NCBI GenBank assembly: GCA_023230585.1
Contig: JALNXB010000001.1
Coordinates: 69,847 to 133,846, forward strand
Direction of reading: 5' to 3'
Source: a bacterium
GTDB taxonomy: Bacteria > Ratteibacteria > UBA8468 > B48-G9 > JAFGKM01
DNA length: 64,000 bases
In this document: piece by piece, positions 37,978 to 47,058 of the stretch
Numbering within the stretch: the first letter of the stretch is position 1
Layout of the letters: each line of letters opens with the position of its first letter
The notes under the pieces: generated by a model
The model's input: only the letters and a program-made list of their open reading frames with translations
Databases searched by the model: none
Told to the model about the DNA's origin: nothing
Program-made: the position numbers and the translations under genes

Positions 37978-38466
37978 ATGTTTGTTGTAAATCTAAACTA
38001 TATTATGAACAGAATAAATGTTTTTCTGGTTTCTACTATATTGGTTTTATTTAGTGGATGTGCTTGGTATAATAAGAAGGGTGTTTCCTCTGAAGTTTCA
38101 AAGATAGAAGAACAAGAGGTTGTTGTGCAACAACAAGTAGAAGGCAAAGATGTTATACCTCCTCCTGTATCTGAAAAAACTAATATTGATACAGTTAAAA
38201 CAGAAGAAACGCCTCAAACAACTGAAGATATTAAAGCAAAATTTTTGTCGGGAGAATCTTTAGCAGGTTTTAATAAAAAAGATGTTTTAAAGTTATTCGG
38301 AGAACCGTATACCGTCTATTTATCTGATACAGATACAATGGAAATATGGTTCTATAAAGACTTTTATGTAGGGTTTAATGTTAAAGATATTGCTGTAAAA
38401 GTTTCTTCAGATAAAAGAGAATATAGGCAAATACTTCAACAATATATTGACAAGCAAGAGACTTAA
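37978..38466 (+). CDS. Putative lipoprotein (signal peptide with LFSGC lipobox); start may be ATG 38008
   Basis: Hydrophobic N-terminus followed by LFSGC; Glu/Val/Gln-rich linker. Confidence 0.45.
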   Translation: MFVVNLNYIMNRINVFLVSTILVLFSGCAWYNKKGVSSEVSKIEEQEVVVQQQVEGKDVIPPPVSEKTNIDTVKTEETPQTTEDIKAKFLSGESLAGFNKKDVLKLFGEPYTVYLSDTDTMEIWFYKDFYVGFNVKDIAVKVSSDKREYRQILQQYIDKQET

Positions 38467-38503
38467 CGGGTAGAATTACTACTTCAAGACCGAAAATAAT
38501 TTA

Positions 38504-38577
38504 GGGGCGGTAGTTCAGTGGCCTAGAATGCCAGACTGTCGATCTGGATGTCGCGGGTTCAAATCCCGTCCGCCCCG
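38504..38577 (+). tRNA. tRNA-Asp (anticodon GTC); no encoded CCA
   Basis: Cloverleaf: acceptor ggggcgg/ccgcccc, anticodon stem ccaga/tctgg with loop ctGTCga, T-loop ttcaaat. Confidence 0.85.
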
Positions 38578-38664
38578 CTTATTCTTGGTTAAGGTTAGGT
38601 TGTCTTGCAGATTCATCAATCTGGTAAATAACCCACCTATGAAAATCTATAAGAGAAAATAAAA

Positions 38665-40386
38665 ATGGAACAAAAATTTGATAATAAAGAAGAATATTGG
38701 CATAGTTCTGCTCATATTCTTGCTCAGGCTGTTAAAAGACTTTTTCCTGAAGTAAAACTTGGAACTGGTCCGGCTATAGAGAATGGTTTTTATTATGATT
38801 TTTTTAGAGAAACACCGTTTACTCCTGAAGACCTTTCAATGGTTGAGGCTGAAATGAAAAAAATCATTAAAGAGAACCATAAAATTGAGAAGTTCTCTCT
38901 ATCAAGGGAAGAGTCTCAAAAATTGTTGGCACAGGAACCTTTTAAACTTGAGATACTTCAAGAGTTAAAAGATGAAGAGATTACTTTTTATAAGAACGGA
39001 GAATTTTCAGATTTATGTGAAGGTCCCCACCTTCTTTGTACGGGTGATATTAAGCATTTTAAACTGTTAAGTATAGCGGCTTCTTATTGGAGAGGTGACG
39101 AAAAAAGAGAAAATATGCAAAGAATTTATGGTATATCTTTTCCCAGTAAAAAGGAACTTGCTGAATACTTAACATTTTTAGAGGAAGCCAAAGCAAGAGA
39201 CCATAGAGTGCTTGGACCAAAACTTGACTTATTTAGCATACATCCTGAATTTGGTTCAGGTTTAATTTTTTGGCATCCAAAAGGTAGTTTGATAAGAAAA
39301 ATTATAGAAGATTTTTGGAAAGAGACTCATCTGAAGAGTGGTTATGAACTTGTTAACACTCCTCATATTGCTGATATTTCTCTTTGGCATAAGTCTGGAC
39401 ATACAGAATATTATAAAGAGAATATGTTTCCGCCGATGTTTTTTGAGTCGAGAGAAAAAGAATATCAGTTGAAACCAATGAACTGTCCGTTTCATATCTT
39501 GATATACAACAATAGGTTAAGAAGTTATAGAGAACTACCTATAAGATGGGCTGAACTTGGTACTGTGTATAGGTATGAGAAACAGGGTGTTTTGCACGGG
39601 CTTTTACGAGTGAGAGGGTTTACACAGGACGATGCGCACATCTTTTGTACTGAAGACCAGGTTGAAGAAGAGGTTAAAAAAGTAATAGAACTTACAGCAT
39701 TTTTTCTTGGAAGGTTTGGGTTTAAAGATTATAAGGTGTTCTTATCTACCCGTCCGGAAAAATATGTGGGGACTTCTGAGAATTGGGACAAGGCAACATC
39801 TGCTCTTAGTAATGCGTTAAAGAGCCAGAATATAGATTTCGAAACAGACCCAGGTGAAGGTGTTTTTTATGGACCTAAGATAGATATAAAGATTAGGGAC
39901 AGTTTGAATAGAGAATGGCAATGTACCACAATACAGGTAGATTTTAATAATCCTGAAAAGTTTAATGTTAAGTATATTGATAGGGAAGGTGATTTTAAAG
40001 TGCCAATTCTTATTCACAGAGCTATTTTTGGGTCTCTCGAAAGGTTTTTTGGAATATTGATAGAGCAGTATAAAGGTAATTTTCCTTTTTGGCTTGCACC
40101 TGAACAGATGAGAATTTTACCTATAGGCGATAGACATATAGAGTTTGCCAGAGAGGTAAAAGAGAAAATAGATAAGAAGTTTAGGGTGAATATTGATGAA
40201 AGGAATGAAAAAATCAATAAGAAGATAAGGGACGCTGAGGATGAAAAAATCCCTTATATGGCCATAGTCGGTGATAAAGAAATATCTACTGGACAGGTGG
40301 CTCTAAGGCAACACCAGAAGGGTATGTTAGGTAATTTTGATATTAAAGATTTAGAGAACCTTTTTAATGAAGAGCTCTTTAAATAG
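38665..40386 (+). CDS. thrS: Threonyl-tRNA synthetase lacking the N-terminal TGS domain
   Basis: 573 aa starting at the HSxAH-like second N-domain (WHSSAHILAQAV), class II catalytic core and anticodon-binding domain. Confidence 0.9.
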   Translation: MEQKFDNKEEYWHSSAHILAQAVKRLFPEVKLGTGPAIENGFYYDFFRETPFTPEDLSMVEAEMKKIIKENHKIEKFSLSREESQKLLAQEPFKLEILQELKDEEITFYKNGEFSDLCEGPHLLCTGDIKHFKLLSIAASYWRGDEKRENMQRIYGISFPSKKELAEYLTFLEEAKARDHRVLGPKLDLFSIHPEFGSGLIFWHPKGSLIRKIIEDFWKETHLKSGYELVNTPHIADISLWHKSGHTEYYKENMFPPMFFESREKEYQLKPMNCPFHILIYNNRLRSYRELPIRWAELGTVYRYEKQGVLHGLLRVRGFTQDDAHIFCTEDQVEEEVKKVIELTAFFLGRFGFKDYKVFLSTRPEKYVGTSENWDKATSALSNALKSQNIDFETDPGEGVFYGPKIDIKIRDSLNREWQCTTIQVDFNNPEKFNVKYIDREGDFKVPILIHRAIFGSLERFFGILIEQYKGNFPFWLAPEQMRILPIGDRHIEFAREVKEKIDKKFRVNIDERNEKINKKIRDAEDEKIPYMAIVGDKEISTGQVALRQHQKGMLGNFDIKDLENLFNEELFK

Positions 40387-40446
40387 TTGTATATAGACAA
40401 AGATAAAATAAAATGTTATAATCATTAATGAAAAAGGAGAGAAACT

Positions 40447-40986
40447 ATCGACAATCGAAACAGAGGTTTTAAAGGTGGAAGAAGCGTAAGGAATAGAATC
40501 AATTTTCAGATAAGGGTGCCTAATGTAAGATTAATAGGTGATGACGGAACCCAGTATGGTGTAGTAAATAAAAATGAAGCTTTACAGATGGCAAAAGATA
40601 AGGATTTGGACCTTGTAGAAATAGTTGCCACTTCTACCCCCCCTGTTTGTCGCATAATGGATTACAAGAAGTTTCTTTACGAACAGAAGAAGAAAGAGAA
40701 AGAAAGGAAGAAAAAACAGAAGATTTCTCAGATAAAAGAGATTAGGTTTACTCCAGAAACGAGTGAACACGATTATAAATTCAAAAAACAACATATAGAA
40801 GATTTTTTGAAAGCAGGATATAGAGTTAAAGTAACAATTTTCTACAAAGGTAGAGAAATATTGCACAAGGAAAGAGGTTACCAGATGCTTGAAAAACTTA
40901 CAAAAGAACTAGCAACTTATGGGAAGATAGAACTTCGACCTAAATTGGAAGGTCCTCGATTGACGGTAACGTTTATTCCTGTTTGA
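40447..40986 (+). CDS. infC: Translation initiation factor IF-3, probable non-AUG (ATC) start 6 nt after AAAAAGGAGAG RBS (ORF track begins at GTG 40516)
   Basis: In-frame upstream extension KGGRSVRNRINFQIRVPNVRLI matches IF3 N-terminus; frame open back to stop at 40429-40431. Confidence 0.7.
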   Translation: MDNRNRGFKGGRSVRNRINFQIRVPNVRLIGDDGTQYGVVNKNEALQMAKDKDLDLVEIVATSTPPVCRIMDYKKFLYEQKKKEKERKKKQKISQIKEIRFTPETSEHDYKFKKQHIEDFLKAGYRVKVTIFYKGREILHKERGYQMLEKLTKELATYGKIELRPKLEGPRLTVTFIPV

Positions 40987-40995
40987 GAGGGAAAA

Positions 40996-41196
40996 ATGCC
41001 TAAATTAAAGACAAATAAAGCTATTAAAAAAAGATTTAAAATTACGGGAACAGGTAAAGTACTCCGTTACGGTTCTGGCGGGGCTCATCTGCTTTCCAAA
41101 AAGAGCTCAAAACGAAAAAGACGCGCTAAGCAAGCTTCAAGTGTAACAACAAAGGGTGAAGTTAAGATGGTGAAGAACCTTTTACCCTATAAATAA
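40996..41196 (+). CDS. rpmI: 50S ribosomal protein L35
   Basis: MPKLKTNKAIKKRFKITGTGK signature. Confidence 0.85.
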   Translation: MPKLKTNKAIKKRFKITGTGKVLRYGSGGAHLLSKKSSKRKRRAKQASSVTTKGEVKMVKNLLPYK

Positions 41197-41212
41197 ATTC
41201 AGGAGATATATA

Positions 41213-41584
41213 ATGCCAAAAACAAGAAATGCGCCGGCTTCCAGACAGAGAAGAAAAAAAGTTCTGGAGAGAGCTAAGGGGTACCGCCAAGGGCGTTCTA
41301 AACTTTACAGGAAAGCAAGAGAGTTTGTTGAGAAAGGGATGACCTACGCTTATAGAGATAGAAGAAGTAAGAAGAGAGTTTTTAGAAAACTGTGGATAAC
41401 AAGGATTTCTGCAGCCTGTAAACTGAACGATATTTCTTATAGTGTTTTTATGAACGCTCTCAAAAAAAATAATATTAACATCAATAGAAAAATGCTTGCG
41501 GATATAGCTTTTAACGAGCCGGGTAAATTCTCCGAACTTGTGGATAAGGTAAAAGGGGAACAAGGCTTGAATGAGAAAATTTAG
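41213..41584 (+). CDS. rplT: 50S ribosomal protein L20
   Basis: MPKTRNAPASRQRRKKVLERAKGYRQGRSKLYR signature. Confidence 0.9.
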   Translation: MPKTRNAPASRQRRKKVLERAKGYRQGRSKLYRKAREFVEKGMTYAYRDRRSKKRVFRKLWITRISAACKLNDISYSVFMNALKKNNININRKMLADIAFNEPGKFSELVDKVKGEQGLNEKI

Positions 41585-42761
41585 AAACACTTTTTTTCTT
41601 TTAGTTATCGCATATATAGCTGTTCTAACAATTACTTTTTCTCGTGGCATACAGTTTAGCGTTAATCTCTATTTTTTTACTCTAACAACAGTATTATCTT
41701 CTATAATAGTTATTGAGATAATATATACATTTTATGTAACGGAAGATATTAGGCAATTTCAGAGAGAAAAAGAGAAGATGATGCTCAATATTCTTGATAA
41801 TGAGCAAGAAACGATGCTTCTCTCTACCTTGACCGATATTATTGAAACTTTTAATGAAGATATAACTCTTGATGAAATTCTTAATACAGTGAGTGAATCG
41901 CTCTATAATATTTTTAAAAAAGAGACTATCGTTTTACAACTTTTAGGTAATAACTTTAAAAAAACTCTTAAAGGTAAAAACATAGATTTCTCGGAAGATA
42001 TTCTTAGACAGGTTTCAGATAAAGCTTTCCCTATTTTAGTTAATAACACAAGGTCATTCGCTCAATATAGCGATTTAGTTAAACAAGGCGTAACCTCGTT
42101 TATTATCTCTCCTTTTCACCAAAAAAGAAATGTAATAGGAATTATAGGTATATTCTCTTTTGATAAGAAACAGTTTAGTATCAAAGAACTGAATCTTATG
42201 CGTAAAGTTTCAGCCCCTACTTCTTTGTTGATAGAGAACGCAATGCTGTTTGATAAAACAAAAATACTTTCCATAACCGATAGCCTTACCCTGCTTTACA
42301 ATAGACGACATTTTGAACAAAAACTTGAAGAAGTTATTGAAAATTCTGAAAGAAGAAAAACAGAGGTTTCATTATGTATCGCTGACGTTGATTTTTTTAA
42401 ACATTATAATGATGTGAACGGACACCAAGCAGGCGATTTTGCTTTGAAAAAGATTGCAGAAATCTTTAAAAGCGGGGTGAAAGGGTCAGATATTGTGGGG
42501 AGGTACGGCGGTGAGGAGTTTATAATTATTTTCCCTGATACAGACAAAGAGTCTGTAGTAAAGATTTGTGAAACAATGAGAAAGAAGATCAAGTCTTATG
42601 AATTTCCAAATGAACAGGCTCAACCTAACAAAGATTTGACTGTCAGTTTTGGTGTGGCAACCTACCCTGAAGACGCACAAACACCAGAAGAACTTATTAA
42701 AAAGGCAGATTTTGCTTTATATAGAGCAAAAGAAATGGGTAAAGATATGGTGGTCACTTAA
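41571..42761 (+). CDS. Diguanylate cyclase (GGDEF) with N-terminal TM helices and GAF-like sensor region
   Basis: RYGGEEF active-site motif, DxLT..NRR upstream. Confidence 0.75.
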   Translation: MRKFRNTFFLLVIAYIAVLTITFSRGIQFSVNLYFFTLTTVLSSIIVIEIIYTFYVTEDIRQFQREKEKMMLNILDNEQETMLLSTLTDIIETFNEDITLDEILNTVSESLYNIFKKETIVLQLLGNNFKKTLKGKNIDFSEDILRQVSDKAFPILVNNTRSFAQYSDLVKQGVTSFIISPFHQKRNVIGIIGIFSFDKKQFSIKELNLMRKVSAPTSLLIENAMLFDKTKILSITDSLTLLYNRRHFEQKLEEVIENSERRKTEVSLCIADVDFFKHYNDVNGHQAGDFALKKIAEIFKSGVKGSDIVGRYGGEEFIIIFPDTDKESVVKICETMRKKIKSYEFPNEQAQPNKDLTVSFGVATYPEDAQTPEELIKKADFALYRAKEMGKDMVVT

Positions 42762-43077
42762 AAAATTCTTCTTGAAGTTCCTTCCAGATGGTTTCAATAG
42801 AAACATTTTTCTTATCTTCAGTTCTTTTCTTGAATTTTTTTAGTTGTTCTTCGAATTCTGTCTGTATATTTGAAATTAATTTTGCTGTATCAGTTGTTTT
42901 AGTTTTTGAGTATTCAGTTATAGATTTTTTTAAAAAATCTTCCTGAAGTGTAATAAATTCTTCTAATTTTTCATTTAATGAGTTTGTAATAACTGAAGCT
43001 TTATTTTTTCCTTCTTGGATAATTTTTTCTGCCTGCTCTTCTACTTCTTTAATTATTTTGATCTGTTCTTTAAGCAT
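42754..43077 (-). CDS. Hypothetical coiled-coil protein; possibly a V/A-ATPase peripheral stalk-like (G/H-type) subunit
   Basis: 107 aa, EEQAEKIIQEGKNKA-type helical repeats reminiscent of AtpH/NtpF; weak. Confidence 0.2.
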   Translation of the reverse strand: MLKEQIKIIKEVEEQAEKIIQEGKNKASVITNSLNEKLEEFITLQEDFLKKSITEYSKTKTTDTAKLISNIQTEFEEQLKKFKKRTEDKKNVSIETIWKELQEEFFK

Positions 43078-43127
43078 CTTCTTCTCCTTCTTTTCGTATA
43101 CAGTATGTTGTAGTTAGTATTATGAAC

Positions 43128-43262
43128 TTACCCCGAATGCTTTCCGAGGGTATTAGGGATAAATCCAGAATGACATAAAAGGGGCAACCTCATCCCATTA
43201 ACCTCTCTCAAACCCGTAAAAGCAGATTACACGCCCTGGACGGTGTTCGCTGCGGGCTCACC
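43128..43262. repeat. Dispersed modular intergenic repeat copy (inverted orientation)
   Basis: rc of 'gtcattctggatttatccc...ccctcgg', rc of 'gggatgaggtt', plus 'ctggacggtgttcgctg'. Confidence 0.55.
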
Positions 43263-43317
43263 AATAATAATGGTTTTATATATTGTACCAGCCGATTGAA
43301 TGTTTTGAAACAGTTTT

Positions 43318-44685
43318 TTATTTTGACTGACCTTTTTTATAAATATCCCTATATACCTCTTTATCTCTAACAACACAGCCGGTTTTACCGCCATCTCTCA
43401 TAATTTGTGAGCAACAAGAACAAGCAATACATAATTGGTTACGTGTAAGTTGTTTATCTTTTAAAAATTCATTTGGAAGGTTGGGGTAAGCAAAAGCTAG
43501 TCTACCCAAACCGAAAGCGCCAACTTTTGCATCTTTTTTCATTTTTGCACCAACAAGGACAGAATATTGACGTAACCAAGAGAAACCTGTGTTGATTATA
43601 AAAAGGGAGGGAAATTTCTCTGAGAGTTGGTATGTTAAATCAATGATTCTGGAGATAGATATCAAAGGGTGCTCAGCCGGAATGTAACCACCTTTGACAG
43701 GAACATCGTAAGGTCTGCTTATATGAGGATTATAATACGGGTTGCCAGCAGTAAGATTTAACATATTAACCCCTAAATTTTGCAATTGTTCTACTAAGGC
43801 GATGGGTTCTGTCATATCGGGTAACAAAGTGTTGTCTTGTTTCATTCCCCAACCGTAAGGGTAGGGTGTGCCATCATAAAAACTTAACCTTGTGGTTACG
43901 TCAATGGAACAGATATGTTTTTTTATTTCTTGAATCGTCTCTCTTAAAAACCTTGTTCTATTTTCAAAAGAACCTCCATACCTACTATTTTCTCTTGTAT
44001 ATGCTGATAAAAGTTCATATAAGAGGTATCCGTGACAAGATTTTATGTCTATTGCGTCAACCCCACATTCTTGTGCCATTTGAGATGCTACAACAAATTT
44101 CTCTTTCAATTTATCCAGTTGGTTATCGGTAATAATTCTTGTAACACTATTTTCTTGATGTTTTAAAACAGGCGAGCGGTAAGCTATAATTGGAGTAGAA
44201 ACGCCTAACGGTTTACAATACCTTCCCGAATGAGTAAGTTGAAGGACTAAATAAGGTTTATGATTTTCTCCTTTATGGTTTAAGGCGTTCTCTTTAATAA
44301 TCTCTATAAGGTTTTTAAATTTTGGTAGAGAATCTTCGTTTATCCAAAATTGGCGTGGGTTAGCTCTACCTTCAGAGGTTACGGCTGTTGCTTCTATCCA
44401 GATGATACCAGCACCTCCTGCTGCAAAACGTTTATACCGCCTTATTGAGAGTTCCCCTGGACTTCCATTTTTTTCTCCATCGCAACCTTCCATAGGCTGA
44501 ATACAGAAAGAGTTTGGTACATCTCTTTTGTTAAAAAAAGATTTTTGAGCAAGTATTTTAGCGCTCTCCTCAAAAGTTTCTTCAATAGGAATATTGACTT
44601 TTAAGGAAGCAATTTCTCTTTTTAACTCTTTTAAATTAGGGTAATTAAAAGTTTTAAACGTTTTATCGGTATTTTTGCAAGGCAT
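43318..44685 (-). CDS. Old-yellow-enzyme-like NADH:flavin oxidoreductase with C-terminal Cys cluster
   Basis: N-terminal FMN-binding-like region, C-terminal CIACSCCSQ...GCV cluster; weak. Confidence 0.5.
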   Translation of the reverse strand: MPCKNTDKTFKTFNYPNLKELKREIASLKVNIPIEETFEESAKILAQKSFFNKRDVPNSFCIQPMEGCDGEKNGSPGELSIRRYKRFAAGGAGIIWIEATAVTSEGRANPRQFWINEDSLPKFKNLIEIIKENALNHKGENHKPYLVLQLTHSGRYCKPLGVSTPIIAYRSPVLKHQENSVTRIITDNQLDKLKEKFVVASQMAQECGVDAIDIKSCHGYLLYELLSAYTRENSRYGGSFENRTRFLRETIQEIKKHICSIDVTTRLSFYDGTPYPYGWGMKQDNTLLPDMTEPIALVEQLQNLGVNMLNLTAGNPYYNPHISRPYDVPVKGGYIPAEHPLISISRIIDLTYQLSEKFPSLFIINTGFSWLRQYSVLVGAKMKKDAKVGAFGLGRLAFAYPNLPNEFLKDKQLTRNQLCIACSCCSQIMRDGGKTGCVVRDKEVYRDIYKKGQSK

Positions 44686-44797
44686 TAAGGTCTCCTGTGC
44701 CCATTTTATTGTAAAATTTGAGTTTGTTTTTTATAGTGGGTTATACCGCTTTATTGTAACCAATAACCAGTTTTTAATCAAATCCTGTGTAGGATGG

Positions 44798-44826
44798 TTG
44801 GATATACAGGTATATTATAGTATAAT
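44798..44826 (+). promoter_or_regulatory. sigma70-like promoter TTGGAT-17-TATAAT placed for a leaderless transcript of the downstream MBL gene
   Basis: -10 hexamer ends 7 nt before ATG 44833; no room for an RBS. Confidence 0.35.
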
Positions 44827-44832
44827 ATATAG

Positions 44833-45438
44833 ATGGATATAAAAATTGAAAAGGTTGTTGTTGGAGAAATAGAGGCTAACTGTTATATTGTTACCTGTAA
44901 AAAGACCGGCCAACTTCTTGTGATAGACCCTGGTGATGATTATGAACAAATATCAAGAGTTCTTGCTGGTAGAAAACCAGAGTTTGTGCTTAATACTCAT
45001 GGACATATAGACCATATAAAAGAGGATGCACGGTTTGGGGTGGATGTATATATACATTCAAAAGATAAATCTTGTCTTATCGATCCAGAAAAAAATCTTT
45101 CATCTTTTTTAGGAACGCCTATAAGCATTGATGCCAATATAATAACTTTTGAAGATAACGAGGTAATTAAACTTGGAGAACTCGCTCTTAAGGTTGTCCA
45201 TACACCTGGTCATACACCAGGTAGCGTATGTTTTAAAGTGGGCAACATTCTTTTTTCTGGAGATACATTGTTTTGTGGTGGCTATGGTAGAACCGACCTG
45301 CCTGGCGGCTCTGAAAGCCAACTGTTTGTTTCTATTAAAGATGTGTTGTTTGCCCTGCCTGTAAACACTATAGTTTACCCAGGACACGGCCCAGAAACAA
45401 GCATTGCAACCGAACAGGCATACTGGAGCAACCCTTAA
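44833..45438 (+). CDS. MBL-fold metallo-hydrolase (glyoxalase II-like)
   Basis: HGHIDH motif (NTHGHIDHI), later H and D ligands. Confidence 0.7.
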   Translation: MDIKIEKVVVGEIEANCYIVTCKKTGQLLVIDPGDDYEQISRVLAGRKPEFVLNTHGHIDHIKEDARFGVDVYIHSKDKSCLIDPEKNLSSFLGTPISIDANIITFEDNEVIKLGELALKVVHTPGHTPGSVCFKVGNILFSGDTLFCGGYGRTDLPGGSESQLFVSIKDVLFALPVNTIVYPGHGPETSIATEQAYWSNP

Positions 45439-45458
45439 TTTTTTACAACAATATTAAA

Positions 45459-46229
45459 ATGGAATATATAAAGTTTCTTGGTACTGCTGGAGCTCGGTTT
45501 GTAATGATACGCCAACTGAGAGCGTCAGGAGGAATGTGGTTTTCTGTCTGCAATACAAATTTTATTGTTGACCCTGGACCAGGGTGTCTTGTAAATATTG
45601 TTAAAAGTAGACCGAAACTTGACCCTGCAAAACTCGATTTTATATTTCTTTCTCATAAACATCTTGACCATTCGTGTGATATAAATCTTATGATTGAAGC
45701 AATGAGTAATGGTGGATATAATAAGAGAGGCGTTGTTTTGGCTCCAGAAGACGCTTTAACTGTTGACCCAGTTATTTTTAAATATATTTTGAATTACCTT
45801 GAAAGAATAGAAACAATTGTTGCAGGTAACACCTACAAAATAGATAATATTAGATTGGAAATCCCTATCAAACTACGTCATAGTGTAGAGACTTATGGAT
45901 TTAAGATGAAATGTCAAGGGTTACCTGTTATCTCGTACCTACCTGATACAGGTTTTTTTGAAGAACTTATTGAAGCGTACGCTGGTAGCGATATTCTTAT
46001 AATCAATACTGTAATGTATGAAAGAAGATGTGGGGTGTCCCATTTGTCTCTCCCTGAAACTGAAGAGATAATTAAAGGTGTTAAACCCAAGAAAGCAATT
46101 TTGACACATTTTGGTATGCAGATGTTGCAAAACAAGATATGGCAGAAGGGTGCTGAAATCTCTGAAAGAACAGGGACTGAAGTTATTATTGCAGATGATG
46201 GTATGAGTATTGACCTTAAAGATATATAA
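45459..46229 (+). CDS. MBL-fold metallo-hydrolase (RNase Z/PhnP-like)
   Basis: SHKHLDHSCD motif. Confidence 0.6.
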   Translation: MEYIKFLGTAGARFVMIRQLRASGGMWFSVCNTNFIVDPGPGCLVNIVKSRPKLDPAKLDFIFLSHKHLDHSCDINLMIEAMSNGGYNKRGVVLAPEDALTVDPVIFKYILNYLERIETIVAGNTYKIDNIRLEIPIKLRHSVETYGFKMKCQGLPVISYLPDTGFFEELIEAYAGSDILIINTVMYERRCGVSHLSLPETEEIIKGVKPKKAILTHFGMQMLQNKIWQKGAEISERTGTEVIIADDGMSIDLKDI

Positions 46230-46317
46230 AATAAAATATTTTCAGGGTGTGCTTTTTTAAAGTTTCTCAACAAAACACACCCCGAAAAAGTGTTACCGTT
46301 TTAACCTGACAAAAGTG

Positions 46318-47058
46318 TTATCCTTTAAGAATTTTGCGAAGGTTCGCTAATATCATTTCTTTGGCATTATTCCCATACTCGAGCGAAGCGTTTTTTGCTT
46401 CTAAACTATACCAGTTTTTCTCAGAAAACTTGCTCATATCTACCCCTTCAGGGCAGAAAGCAAACATAAGAGAAGTCTCCTGAATACCTGCATGGTCTAC
46501 AGGGAATTTTTTCTGGGTTTCTGAGTCCATAAAAGGATGCACTTTTATCCAGTTAAAAGGATCTGAACCAGCATCGTGCATCTTGTAATAATCTTTCATT
46601 TCTTCATTGCCCCACCATCCTTCGCCTTTTTCTTTCTCAAGGTGTTCAAAAATTACTTCTCTTGCGCCCAACCTAAAAGCTAAATCTGTTGGCATGCCAG
46701 CAAAAAAGTTTTCACTCTGATGATGAATAAAGATATGTATATTTCTGAACCCTACCCTGAGCATACTTTTAAAAATATCTTTTGCAAGGAAATATAATGT
46801 TTGGCTAGATACTTGTATGGTTCCTTTGTTTTCTGGTCCTTCTACAGCGTAACTTGCTGCACCATAATAGAAGGACGGGAAGAGAACCAAAGGTATTTCG
46901 TTTTCAAGTATTCTGAAAGCCTCTTCTACCACAATTGTATCTACGCCAAATACAGAATGTTCCGAATGATACTCAAGAACTCCTACTGGCAGTACAACAG
47001 GGTAATTGTTTTTAATTGCCTGTTGTAACTGGTCAGGGAACATCTTTTCATATCTCAT
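46318..47058 (-). CDS. Creatininase-family amidohydrolase (second copy)
   Basis: LPVGVLEYHSEH and HAGIQETSLM motifs. Confidence 0.65.
   Translation of the reverse strand: MRYEKMFPDQLQQAIKNNYPVVLPVGVLEYHSEHSVFGVDTIVVEEAFRILENEIPLVLFPSFYYGAASYAVEGPENKGTIQVSSQTLYFLAKDIFKSMLRVGFRNIHIFIHHQSENFFAGMPTDLAFRLGAREVIFEHLEKEKGEGWWGNEEMKDYYKMHDAGSDPFNWIKVHPFMDSETQKKFPVDHAGIQETSLMFAFCPEGVDMSKFSEKNWYSLEAKNASLEYGNNAKEMILANLRKILKG

Noticed and set aside
37950-37978. Promoter TTGACA-17-TAAAAT upstream of the lipoprotein gene
   Set aside because: The -10 abuts the first ATG (37978). It is only plausible if the true start is ATG 38008, so it is too uncertain to list as a feature.
38578-38664. T-box or other leader upstream of thrS
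   Set aside because: Only 87 nt separate it from tRNA-Asp, which is far too short for a T-box (~250 nt). No specifier or T-box motif was seen.
42754-43077. Firm annotation as a V-ATPase G/H stalk subunit
   Set aside because: It rests on coiled-coil character and size only, so it is kept as a low-confidence hypothetical.
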